Shown here in pieces: positions 42,714 through 51,373 of a DNA stretch of 64,000 nt (positions are counted from its first letter, which is position 1; the number at the start of each line of letters is the position of its first letter). The stretch is from Verrucomicrobia bacterium UBA6176 (lineage in GTDB: Bacteria > Verrucomicrobiota > Verrucomicrobiia > Limisphaerales > UBA9464): contig DITU01000107.1 in NCBI GenBank assembly GCA_002422905.1, forward strand, positions 134,633 to 198,632, in the 5' to 3' direction. Made by a program: the position numbers and the translations under genes. Under the pieces are notes generated by a model. That model was given only the letters and a program-made list of their open reading frames with translations. It was not told the DNA's origin and ran no database searches.

Positions 42714-44084
42714 ATGGAAACACATCCAAGCCACGACTTTCTGGGCGGAGTCATCGAGGGTTTCTACGGCCAACCCTGGACCCGGGCCGAACGGTTCCAG
42801 TTGTTCGACTGGATGCAGGTTTGGGGGCTGAACACCTACCTCTACGCGCCCAAGGACGATCCCCATCACCGGTCGATCTGGCGTGAACCGTACGGTCCGG
42901 CGCTGCGCGCCGAGTTGGAGGAGCTGATCCGTTCCTGTGCGGATCGCGGGATCCGTTTCATCCATGCCGTCGGTCCCGGACTCAACATCCGTTATTCGGA
43001 TCCGGCGGATCTGGCGGCGTTGCAGGGACGCTTCGGGCAACTGTTGGAAATGGGTTGCCGCGATTTCTGCCTGCTCTTCGATGACATCCCGGATCGGATG
43101 CGCCCGGAGGATCGGGAACGGTGGGGCAGTTTTGCATCGGCGCAGTGCGGGGTGACCAATGCGGTCCGGGAATGGTTGGTGGCGCGGGGTGGCGCGGGAC
43201 GATTCCTGTTCTGTCCGACGCCGTATTGCGGGCGGATGGCGGCGGGAGGGTTGGGCGGGGAAGGGTATCTCGCGGCGGTGGGGAAGGAGCTTGATCCGGC
43301 GATTGATGTGTTCTGGACCGGGCCGGAGATCATTTCCCGCGAGATCACGGTCGGGCATGTGGAGGAGTTGACGGCGTTGCTGCGACGCCCGCCGTTGATC
43401 TGGGACAATCTTCACGCCAACGACTACGACGGTCGCCGGTTTTATTGCGGGCCGTACTCGGGGCGGTCCCTGGAGTTGAAGGCCCGGATCCGCGGCGTGT
43501 TGACCAATCCAAACAATGAACTCCCACTGAACCATGTTCCGTTGCGCACCCTGGGGGCGTGGGTGAATGGGGCAGATAAGTGGGATCCGCGGGCGGCTTA
43601 TCTTGAGGCTTTGGAGGGATGGGTGGAGCACTTCAAGACGCCGGAACAACCGATCCAACTGGAGGAATTGGTGCGGTTCACGGACTGCCATTACCTGCCC
43701 TACGAAGAGGGCGCCACGGCGGAGGCCCTTTTGCAGGCGATGGCCGCTGTGTTTGCCACCGAGCCGAGCCAGTGGGATTCACGGGTGGAATCGGTGCGTC
43801 TCGAAGCGGTGCGGTTGAGGGACCTGTGCGTGCGGATCAGCACGGTGACCGAGCGTCCCCTGTTTTATGCCCTGCTCAGGCGCCTCTGGGAATTGCGCGA
43901 GGAACTCGACCTGTTCGACCGCTACGTGACGTTCCATCGGGATCCGGCGAACCAGGGCCGGTCGTTCCGCTCGGATTATCACCTGCCCGGGACCTATCGG
44001 GGCGGTTGGGTGCCGCGCCTGCAATCATTACTGGTGTTGGACCCGGACGGATCACTGCATCCCGCTGCGCGGGCGCCTAGGTGA
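42714..44084 (+). CDS. GH84 beta-N-acetylglucosaminidase (O-GlcNAcase-like)
   Basis: The ATG is at 42714. The sequence GGVIEGFYGQPWTRAERFQLFDWMQVWGLNTYLYAPKDDP..FCLLFDDIPD (catalytic Asp-Asp pair)..FCPTPYCG..WTGPEIIS..IWDNLHANDY follows the GH84/NAGidase pattern. Confidence 0.85.
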   Translation: METHPSHDFLGGVIEGFYGQPWTRAERFQLFDWMQVWGLNTYLYAPKDDPHHRSIWREPYGPALRAELEELIRSCADRGIRFIHAVGPGLNIRYSDPADLAALQGRFGQLLEMGCRDFCLLFDDIPDRMRPEDRERWGSFASAQCGVTNAVREWLVARGGAGRFLFCPTPYCGRMAAGGLGGEGYLAAVGKELDPAIDVFWTGPEIISREITVGHVEELTALLRRPPLIWDNLHANDYDGRRFYCGPYSGRSLELKARIRGVLTNPNNELPLNHVPLRTLGAWVNGADKWDPRAAYLEALEGWVEHFKTPEQPIQLEELVRFTDCHYLPYEEGATAEALLQAMAAVFATEPSQWDSRVESVRLEAVRLRDLCVRISTVTERPLFYALLRRLWELREELDLFDRYVTFHRDPANQGRSFRSDYHLPGTYRGGWVPRLQSLLVLDPDGSLHPAARAPR

Positions 44085-44113
44085 ATCGGGATCGAACGAC
44101 ACGGAATCAAGAT

Positions 44114-44770
44114 ATGGAATCGGGCATGGAAGGATTCGGGATCCGAAGGGCACGACCGGGTGACCAGGCCGGGGCGTACCACGTGTGCCTCAAGACCGGG
44201 AACTTCGGCCAGGACGGTGAGCCGTATTATCGTGAGGATCCGGATGCGTTGGGTCGGGTGTTCGTGGGACCTTACCTGGAGTACGAACCCGAACTGGCGT
44301 TGATCCTGGAAGACGCTGCGGGGATCTGTGGGTATGCGTTGGGAGCCATGGATTCGAAGCGGTTTTATCAACGATACGACCGGGAATGGCGCCCCCGCCT
44401 GTGCGAACAGTTCCCGGATCCGACGGGGGATCCTTCGGGTTGGAGCCGGGTGCAGCAGGTGCATCACGGGTATCATTGTCCCGACTATTACTGTCCGGAA
44501 CCGTATGGATCCTATCCGTCCCACCTGCACATCGACCTGTTGGATCGCGCGCAGGGAAAGGGGTTGGGTCGAACGATGCTGGAGCAGGTGATGACGTTGT
44601 TGGCGCGGCGTGGTTCGCCGGGAGCACATCTCGGAGTGAGTCTGGTGAATGTGCCGGCCCAGGGTTTTTATCGGAAACTGGGTTTTGAGGAGTTGATCCG
44701 GGTGGGGGAGGGGATGGACGGCTGCATTTACATGGGCAAACGACTGGGGACCGGGCGTACGGCGGGATGA
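44114..44770 (+). CDS. GNAT-family acetyltransferase
   Basis: The sequence begins GIRRARPGDQAGAYHVCLKTG and continues with LHIDLLDRAQGKGLGRTMLEQVM..GFYRKLGFEE, an intact Q/RxxGxG/A acetyl-CoA motif. I chose the ATG at 44114; a GTG at 44081 would overlap the GH84 stop. Confidence 0.8.
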   Translation: MESGMEGFGIRRARPGDQAGAYHVCLKTGNFGQDGEPYYREDPDALGRVFVGPYLEYEPELALILEDAAGICGYALGAMDSKRFYQRYDREWRPRLCEQFPDPTGDPSGWSRVQQVHHGYHCPDYYCPEPYGSYPSHLHIDLLDRAQGKGLGRTMLEQVMTLLARRGSPGAHLGVSLVNVPAQGFYRKLGFEELIRVGEGMDGCIYMGKRLGTGRTAG

Positions 44771-44780
44771 AAGGACTGAC

Positions 44781-46028
44781 ATGCAGGCCAAGGCAGGATT
44801 CCTGAACCGGGTGCTGATGCCGTTGCTCACGGCGTTGAGCGACAACATCTACATGTCGGCCATCCGCTCAGGGATGGTGTCGGTGGTGCCCCTGACGATC
44901 ATCGGGGGATTGTTCATGGTGATCGCGAACCTGCCGGTGCCGGGGTGGGAAGAGCGGATCAAGGATTACCTGCCGCTGTTGAACGTGCCGATCACGGCGA
45001 CGTTCGGGTTGCTGGCCGTGTTTGCCTGTTTCGGGATCGCCTACGACCTCGGGAAGCGGTTCGGGCAGGAGGCGTTCATCAGTGCTTCGATGGCGACGTT
45101 GGTGTTCCTGATGATCCAGATCGACATGGAGGAGCAGGTGATCCAGATGGATCGCCTGGGATCCCAGGGACTTTTCACGGCCGTGTTGGTGGCGTTGGTC
45201 TCGGTCCGGGTGCAGAAGTTGATGACCGATTTCAATATGGTGGTGCGGATGCCGGACGGGGTACCGGAAGCAGTGCGGGAATCGTTCCTATCCCTGACCC
45301 CGATGGTCACGCTGGTCGGGATCTTCTGGCTGGTACGGTTCGTCTTCGGGTTCGACATCAATGAGCGGGTGCAACATGCGTTCGAGCCGTTGCTGTTCGC
45401 CCTGAGCACGCTTCCGGGGATCCTGGTGTATGCGCTGCTGGTGACCCTGCTGTGGTCCATGGGGATCAACGGCGACAACGCGCTGGATGCCATTGTCCTG
45501 CCGTTCTTCCTGCAATATCTGGCGGCGAATGTGGAGGCGGCTGCGGCCGGGCAACCGTTGCCGTACATCACCGCCAACGGTTTCTTCACCACGTTCGTGA
45601 ACGTGGGCGGGACGGGGGCGACGATTGGGTTGGCGCTGGTCCTCTTCAATTCACGGGATGTGGGCCTGCGCAAGGTGAGTCGGATGTCGCTTCCCACCCA
45701 GGTGTTCCAGATCAACGAACCCATCTTTTACGGCCTGCCCATCGTATTGAATCCCGTGTTCATGATCCCTTACGTGATCAATGCACTGATCCTGACCACG
45801 GGATCCTATCTGTTGATGGACTGGGGTTGGATCCGGAAACCGTTCATCAACGTTCCCTGGACCACTCCGCCGGTGATCGGGCATTACCTCGCAACGGGCG
45901 GTGATTGGCGGGCGGCGGTCTGGGGGGTGGCTTCGATCGTGATCGCGATGGTGGTTTATTACCCGTTCGCACGGGTGGCCGAGAGACGTCGGTTGGAAGC
46001 GCCCAAGGCGGATCTGCCGATGCCGTGA
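44781..46028 (+). CDS. PTS EIIC component, lactose/cellobiose (chitobiose) family
   Basis: The sequence MPLLTALSDNIYMSAIRSGMVSVVPLTIIGGLFMVIANLP..GINGDNAL..INEPIFYGLPIVLNPVFMIPYVI matches the ChbC/CelB-type EIIC pattern. No EIIA, EIIB, HPr or EI gene is present in the window. Confidence 0.85.
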   Translation: MQAKAGFLNRVLMPLLTALSDNIYMSAIRSGMVSVVPLTIIGGLFMVIANLPVPGWEERIKDYLPLLNVPITATFGLLAVFACFGIAYDLGKRFGQEAFISASMATLVFLMIQIDMEEQVIQMDRLGSQGLFTAVLVALVSVRVQKLMTDFNMVVRMPDGVPEAVRESFLSLTPMVTLVGIFWLVRFVFGFDINERVQHAFEPLLFALSTLPGILVYALLVTLLWSMGINGDNALDAIVLPFFLQYLAANVEAAAAGQPLPYITANGFFTTFVNVGGTGATIGLALVLFNSRDVGLRKVSRMSLPTQVFQINEPIFYGLPIVLNPVFMIPYVINALILTTGSYLLMDWGWIRKPFINVPWTTPPVIGHYLATGGDWRAAVWGVASIVIAMVVYYPFARVAERRRLEAPKADLPMP

Positions 46029-46069
46029 GGGAGTGGGGGAGGGGCGGGGTGAACAACCAAGGGCGAAGG

Positions 46070-46450
46070 GACGAAGGGTCGGGATTGGGGAGTACGAGTA
46101 GAACTCATTGGCACACGAGGTCCGCCCCCTTGTGCTCGTCAACGACTTCGGGATGCACCGCTCCCGCCCCCTGTCTTCTTCGCGTTCCTGGCGGCTTCCC
46201 GTGAAATCCTTCCCGTCAACGTGCTGAGGGACAGGCCCCGGGGAACCGGGCTTTGATTTTACCACAGAGGGCACAGGGAGCACAGAGTCGGGAACCCAGA
46301 GGGATGGATTGATCTCACCTCCGACCTTCAACCCTCTGTGTTCTCTGTGTCCTCTGTGGTGAACAGGTACCAACCCGTCTTTATCCGAGGGGTGAGGCTC
46401 GGGGGATTCCTCTCACACGAAGTCACGAAGCCACGAAGGAGGGAGGGGTC
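46070..46450 (-). repeat. Palindromic repeat element, copy C (full-length, inverted relative to copy A; hairpin arms at 46262-46287 and 46333-46359)
   Basis: The reverse complement aligns with copy A through the hairpin and through both flanks, for example CCCGGTTCCCCGGGGCCTGTCCCTCAGCACGTTGAC..GGAACGCGAAGAAGACAGGGGGCGG. Confidence 0.75.
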
Positions 46451-46560
46451 CCAATCGGGACAGGCTTCCGGGTGCCGACCCGTGCATCCCGGAGTCGTAG
46501 GTGCGGGCAACCTCAGGGACGAAGGGAAGGGTTGGGAGGGAGTTGGGGGACTGGGAAGAA

Positions 46561-46645
46561 TGGTGCGCGCGACAGGACTTGAACCTGTACGAGTTTCCCC
46601 ACTAGAACCTGAATCTAGCGCGTCTGCCAATTCCGCCACGCGCGC
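46561..46645 (-). tRNA. tRNA-Leu (anticodon CAG)
   Basis: The reverse complement is GCGCGCGTGGCGGAATTGGCAGACGCGCTAGATTCAGGTTCTAGTGGGGAAACTCGTACAGGTTCAAGTCCTGTCGCGCGCACCA. It has a 7-bp acceptor stem, an anticodon stem CTAGA/TCTAG with loop TTCAGGT, a long variable arm, a T-arm ACAGG-TTCAAGT-CCTGT and an encoded CCA. Confidence 0.9.
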
Positions 46646-46784
46646 ACTGAGGTGCGAGAAAATGGGGATGTCGCGGTTTGTGCTCAAGACTTTTCCTGAG
46701 GCTTTTTGGCCCCCGCGCCCGGCAGAATGGCTGGGACTTTCCGCTTCCGTTTTCCGGGATCGCCCCCCTGAATGACTCCGCTCC

Positions 46785-48254
46785 GTGCAAGACACCCACC
46801 CTCGACATTACTGTGGCGTCTTCGGCGTCTACGGGCATCCGAATGCCGCCGAACTGACGTATTATGGACTCTACGCCCTCCAGCATCGTGGCCAGGAAAG
46901 CGCCGGCATCGCGGCCACCGATGGCAAGAACAGCTTCCTGGCCCATCGTGGCATGGGGTTGGTTCCCCAGGTTTTCACCCCGGAGACCCTTCACCGGCTG
47001 ATCGGCAATGCCGCCATCGGGCACACCCGATATTCCACCACCGGTTCCTCCAACATCATCAATGCCCAACCCCTGGTGGTCGATTGCGCCAAGGGGCACA
47101 TCGCCATCGGTCACAATGGCAACCTGACCAACGCGGCCCAGTTGCGGGAGGAACTCGAGGCGCGCGGTTCCATCTTCCAGACCACGGTCGACAGCGAGAT
47201 CATCCTCCATCTGCTCGCCCAGCCGGCGCGCGGCGGACACGAAAGCTCCCTCGTCGAGACCATGCGCCGCATCGAAGGCGCCTATTCCCTCGTGATCCTG
47301 ACCGGGACCGAATTGATCGGGGTCCGGGATCCCCACGGATTCCGTCCTTTGAGCCTGGGTCGGATGGCCAGCGGCGCGTGGGTTCTGGCATCTGAAACGT
47401 GCGCCTTCGACCTGATCGAGGCTGAATTCGTCCGGGACATCGAGCCCGGCGAGATCGTCATCATCAATGAGCATGGCGTACGGAGCGTGCAGGCTTTCCC
47501 GGACCATCAACGCCGGGCGTTCTGCGTGTTCGAATACGTCTATTTCGCACGGCCGGATTCCACCATCGCCAACCGGAACGTCTACAAGGTGCGCGTGGAC
47601 ATGGGACGCCAGCTCGCCCGTGAACATCCCATCGAAGCGGATATCGTTGTCCCGGTACCGGACTCGGGTAACTGCGCGGCCCTGGGCTATTCATTGCAGA
47701 GTGGGATTCCCTTCGAGATGGCGTTCGTCCGGAATCACTATGTCGGGCGTTCCTTCCTTCAACCCTCCCAATTCATCCGGGACTTCGCGGTCCGGGTTAA
47801 GTTGAACCTGATCGGGGAGTTGGTGCGCGGGAAACGGGTGGTGATTGTTGACGATTCCATCGTGCGCGGCACCACCAGTCGGGCGCGGGTCACCAGCCTG
47901 AAGGAGGCGGGAGCCAAGGAGGTTCACGTCCTCATCTCATGTCCGCCCCACAGGAACCCCTGTGTCTATGGCATCGACTTTCCCGAACGTTCCAAGCTCA
48001 TGGCGGCCAACTATTCGGCGGATGAGATCCGACAATATCTGGCTGCCGATTCACTCGGCTACCTCTCCGAGGAAGGCATGGTGGCGGCCACCGGACAGGA
48101 TCGGAACTCGTTCTGCCTCGCGTGTTACAACGGGGAATACCCCGTGAAATACGACCCGCTCACCGACAAACATATCATCGAGCGCCGACGCCAACGGGGG
48201 AACAGCCTGCTGTCGGAAATCGAGGCGGAGGTCCGGCACCAACGTCTGCTGTGA
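46785..48254 (+). CDS. purF: Amidophosphoribosyltransferase
   Basis: The motifs are YCGVFGVYGHPNAAELTYYGLYALQHRGQESAGI (N-terminal nucleophile Cys), GHTRYSTTG, GHNGNL, DSEI and VIVDDSIVRGTT, plus a C-terminal Cys cluster. Confidence 0.95.
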   Translation: MQDTHPRHYCGVFGVYGHPNAAELTYYGLYALQHRGQESAGIAATDGKNSFLAHRGMGLVPQVFTPETLHRLIGNAAIGHTRYSTTGSSNIINAQPLVVDCAKGHIAIGHNGNLTNAAQLREELEARGSIFQTTVDSEIILHLLAQPARGGHESSLVETMRRIEGAYSLVILTGTELIGVRDPHGFRPLSLGRMASGAWVLASETCAFDLIEAEFVRDIEPGEIVIINEHGVRSVQAFPDHQRRAFCVFEYVYFARPDSTIANRNVYKVRVDMGRQLAREHPIEADIVVPVPDSGNCAALGYSLQSGIPFEMAFVRNHYVGRSFLQPSQFIRDFAVRVKLNLIGELVRGKRVVIVDDSIVRGTTSRARVTSLKEAGAKEVHVLISCPPHRNPCVYGIDFPERSKLMAANYSADEIRQYLAADSLGYLSEEGMVAATGQDRNSFCLACYNGEYPVKYDPLTDKHIIERRRQRGNSLLSEIEAEVRHQRLL

Positions 48255-48374
48255 CAACCTGAAGCGGCAGGTCGACCGGTGTGGGAGGGGAAGCACCCCG
48301 ATTTGAAGTGTCACCGGCGCCTGCACCAGTCCGGGGAAGTTGGGTTGGTACAGGCACGTTCATCGCGGGAGGAT

Positions 48375-48446
48375 TTCACTACAGAGGGCACAGAGGGGGA
48401 GAGGGCGCCGGGCTTGCTCGGTGAATCGAATGCCCACTGTGGTGAG
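48375..48446. repeat. Degenerate copy D of the palindromic element
   Basis: The left arm is TTCACTACAGAGGGCACAGAGG (48375-48396) and the right-arm remnant is CCACTGTGGTGAG (48434-48446). The upstream GGGTTGGTACAGGCAC resembles the GGTACCTGTT flank of the other copies. Confidence 0.45.
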
Positions 48447-48596
48447 TTGCTCGATTGGGGGGGTAGGCAGCCTGGTGAATGGGGTGGGAAAATGGACCAA
48501 GTCCCTGACCGTGTGTGGTGCGGCGCCAGGGCGACGAGCTCGCCCGGGTAAGTCAAACTTGAAAAGCCGACTCCATTGTCTCCTCTCTGTTGCCCC

Positions 48597-49916
48597 ATGG
48601 ATCAGATCATCAGTCTCGCCATTCTCGGTTCAAGTGACTTGGGTTTTGACTTGGTCGATCGCCATACCCTCGGGGCGTCGCAATGTCCCAATTGCCGCGG
48701 TCGCACCACTTACACTGCGCCACGCCCCCAGTGGATTTCCCGCCGGCTGGGAAAGGATGTGGGATTCACCTGTGATCGCTTTGATCTGGTGAGTAGCCGG
48801 TTTGTGGCCTGGATCGAGCAGGAGGAAATTGCCGGAGCCATATTGACGCAGGTTGGGAAGGACAGCTTTTTCCTGGATGCGGTTGAGATTGAAATGGATG
48901 AGAAGGGCTCGGGCCTGGTGCGGGGCCCCAAGGTCTGTCCGGTTTGCGGTTTGGAGGACTACGCGGTCTTTAGGTCTCTCGACGGGGGCGACGGGGTAAG
49001 ACCTCCAATTCAAGTTCACTGGCCGTTCGGCAATTCCCTCGTCATCGCGAGAACCCGACAGTTGGTGGGCAGCGTGCCGTTTCAGTTCCCCTGTTTCGCA
49101 TGTCCGACCAGCGTGATGGCCAGTTGGAAGAAACACGGGATCAAATGTCGACGACCAGATCGAGCCATCGGCATTCCCATTGAAGGCCGTAAGGCTCCAC
49201 GTTCAGTTGTGGTCTATCGCGCCCTGGCCGGTGCCTTGCCCGCGACGGGGGCATCGGACGGGGCCAAAGCTCTGGATCCTCTCAAGGCGCTGCTTTCGCA
49301 TCGCTCACCGGCGTTCATCTGCCGAAATGCGGATGGTCGACAACCGTCAGGTCCCATCCGGATCCGACACTCGGCGCAGCCTCCGGCGAGTCAGTCCGAA
49401 ATGGCACTCGGACAATCGATGCTGAGCGGCAAAAGTGCGGGAATCCTGAGGTTGTTCGCTGCCTACAACGGGGTGCGGCTCTATGAGGAGCCCTTGCATG
49501 ACCAACCGGGAATCTGGTTGGCGCCGATACACGATTGGCCTGCACTGACAACCCAGTGTCGGGAACGACTGCCGCCCGCAGGGGCTGTGGACGGGTTCAA
49601 GTCGACGTCGAAGTTTGTGGTCTTCGGGGAGATTGTGTCAGCGGGGAGCTTCCTGGTGGTCATGACGGCCGGCAAGCAGGCCGGGCAGGTGAAGCTGGTA
49701 ATGCCCACGGAGTGGTCGGTGAGCGTGTTCGCTGAGAGCCTGGGAGAGCTGATCTCCCAGTTGTGTGATGATCCCGTATCCCTCTTTGATCAGAGCCTGG
49801 GCTGCCTGCTGCGATACTCGGATGGGATCCGTCATGGGGAATATTTTCCGGTGAAATACCTGTCGGACTCGGAGGATGCCGAACCATCCGCGTCGCTTCC
49901 GGCACCCGTCCCTTGA
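48597..49916 (+). CDS. Hypothetical protein: N-terminal domain with two CxxC motifs and a C-terminal SMI1/KNR4 (SUKH)-like domain
   Basis: The ATG is at 48597 (MDQIISLAI..). It has CPNCRG and CPVCG motifs about 90 residues apart. The C-terminal part (ILRLFAAYNGVRLYEE..IWLAPIHDW..FVVFGEIVSAGSFLVVM) resembles SUKH-1 immunity-type domains. This assignment is by eye only. Confidence 0.55.
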   Translation: MDQIISLAILGSSDLGFDLVDRHTLGASQCPNCRGRTTYTAPRPQWISRRLGKDVGFTCDRFDLVSSRFVAWIEQEEIAGAILTQVGKDSFFLDAVEIEMDEKGSGLVRGPKVCPVCGLEDYAVFRSLDGGDGVRPPIQVHWPFGNSLVIARTRQLVGSVPFQFPCFACPTSVMASWKKHGIKCRRPDRAIGIPIEGRKAPRSVVVYRALAGALPATGASDGAKALDPLKALLSHRSPAFICRNADGRQPSGPIRIRHSAQPPASQSEMALGQSMLSGKSAGILRLFAAYNGVRLYEEPLHDQPGIWLAPIHDWPALTTQCRERLPPAGAVDGFKSTSKFVVFGEIVSAGSFLVVMTAGKQAGQVKLVMPTEWSVSVFAESLGELISQLCDDPVSLFDQSLGCLLRYSDGIRHGEYFPVKYLSDSEDAEPSASLPAPVP

Positions 49917-50069
49917 CCAATCGCAGTTCCTGCCGGCGCCATGGTCGCCGAAACGGCTATGAACGGTCGTCTCAACATTACCCAAGGTCGTGACACCGCC
50001 GGCACCCGGATCGATCGGATCAACCATGCATGGGCTGAACTCGGGCAATTGGGGTTGGCGCAGAAGGGG

Positions 50070-50232
50070 TTCACCACAGAGGACACAGAGAACACAGAGG
50101 GGGAGAGGAAGGTTGATGTCTTCATCTGGCTCGTGCTTGAGATTGCCTTGATCTCCCGGATGGTCAGCAGAGGACCCGGGCCGACGCAATTGGCCGCATT
50201 TACTCTGTGAACTCTGTGTCCTCTGTGGTGAA
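50070..50232. repeat. Palindromic element copy E (hairpin only, with a different loop)
   Basis: TTCACCACAGAGGACACAGAGAACACAGAGG (50070-50100) is inverted as CTCTGTGAACTCTGTGTCCTCTGTGGTGAA (50203-50232). The loop is about 100 nt and unrelated to the loops of copies A, B and C. Confidence 0.75.
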
Positions 50233-50301
50233 CCCATCGATTGATCAGTCGGTCAGTCGATGGAATGATGGCCTATCGGAGGCAGAAGACAGGATCATGG
50301 A

Positions 50302-50916
50302 ATGAAACTGCTTGGACACTGTCTGATTCAGGCCGGTTTTATATGGGCTTCAATAGTGCTGGGGGCTGCGGCTCGAAGTCCTGCGCCCGCCTCCGTAAAA
50401 TGGACTGAAGTCCTCATTCTGGGTACGTTTACATCCCTTGTTGCCCTGGGTCTCCTCGTCCTCCCGTGGTTGATAATCGGAGTCTTTACTCCAAGGAAAT
50501 TCTGGGGTTGGAGAGCAGGCGCAACATGGCTGGCTTCGATTTCGTTGGTCCTGGTCCACGAGGCGGAAGAGATCACCAGTGCTCGTGCTCGACTGATGCA
50601 TTGGAAAGCGGAGCTAAGCGAGGATATGGCATGCTCACAGGTGCTCGAGTGCAAGATCAGAAGCTATTCATTGATTGAACCCACTCTTGAATTGGTGGTG
50701 ATTCGTGCCTGCGATGACGATCTTGAAATGCTTCGTCGCAATTTCTTATCCGGAGACCACGAGGAGATCGCGTTCCGATACAAATCCCGGAGTTGGTTTG
50801 ACTATGCGATCCCGGAATCCGTCCCGATCCGGCTGTACCGCCGCCCTGGCACCGAGAGGGGACTATTTGCTGTCATTGGTGGTGGTCCGACAGTCTTGTA
50901 TGCTGACACGTGGTAG
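50302..50916 (+). CDS. Hypothetical membrane protein (3 TM plus a soluble C-terminal domain) in an A/T-richer patch
   Basis: The ATG is at 50302, preceded by AGGA about 8 nt upstream. The hydrophobic helices are GFIWASIVLGAAA, LILGTFTSLVALGLLVLPWLIIGVF and ATWLASISLVLV. Its composition is visibly less GC-rich than its neighbours. I recognise no family. Confidence 0.5.
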   Translation: MKLLGHCLIQAGFIWASIVLGAAARSPAPASVKWTEVLILGTFTSLVALGLLVLPWLIIGVFTPRKFWGWRAGATWLASISLVLVHEAEEITSARARLMHWKAELSEDMACSQVLECKIRSYSLIEPTLELVVIRACDDDLEMLRRNFLSGDHEEIAFRYKSRSWFDYAIPESVPIRLYRRPGTERGLFAVIGGGPTVLYADTW

Positions 50917-51091
50917 AAGCGTTTTGACGGGGGCACGTCCAAATCAACATTTGAGGTAATTGAAATCGCTGTCGCCTCATCCCGGCGTTCCTTCATCGCA
51001 CCGCTGTTGCGATCCCCGGCTTCAGCTCCCCCTGCAATTGGCTACCCCGGACCACTGGGGTCCCGTCATGAGATCGGCGTTTACCCTTCGA

Positions 51092-51128
51092 TTGACCGGG
51101 CGATGGGTTGGTGATAGAAAATCTATCA
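51092..51128 (+). promoter_or_regulatory. Putative sigma-70-like promoter and palindromic operator of the vapBC-like operon
   Basis: TTGACC (51092-51097) is followed by a 17-nt spacer and TAGAAA (51115-51120). The perfect inverted repeat TGATAGA-AAA-TCTATCA (51112-51128) overlaps the -10 element and ends 2 nt before the antitoxin ATG. Confidence 0.45.
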
Positions 51129-51130
51129 CG

Positions 51131-51373
51131 ATGAAGACCGCGACTGTGGCAGACCTTCGGAATGATTTTGCGACTCTCTCGAAGTGGATCCACGAAGGTG
51201 AGGCGATCACAATCACCAAGCGTGGCCGTCCATTTGCCATTCTCGCGCCGGCGCGAAGGAGGAAGACACTGCCTTCGGTCAACCGGATGGCCCGCCTTCA
51301 CAAGATCTTCCCTGGCGGTCCAATCGCGACGGATTCACGCGCAGTGGTGGACTATGATCGGGGCGACCGATGA
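51131..51373 (+). CDS. Type II antitoxin (Phd/YefM-like N-terminus, VapB role)
   Basis: The sequence is MKTATVADLRNDFATLSKWIHEGEAITITKRGRPFAILAP. The protein is about 80 aa and its stop overlaps the toxin start (ATGA). Confidence 0.85.
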   Translation: MKTATVADLRNDFATLSKWIHEGEAITITKRGRPFAILAPARRRKTLPSVNRMARLHKIFPGGPIATDSRAVVDYDRGDR

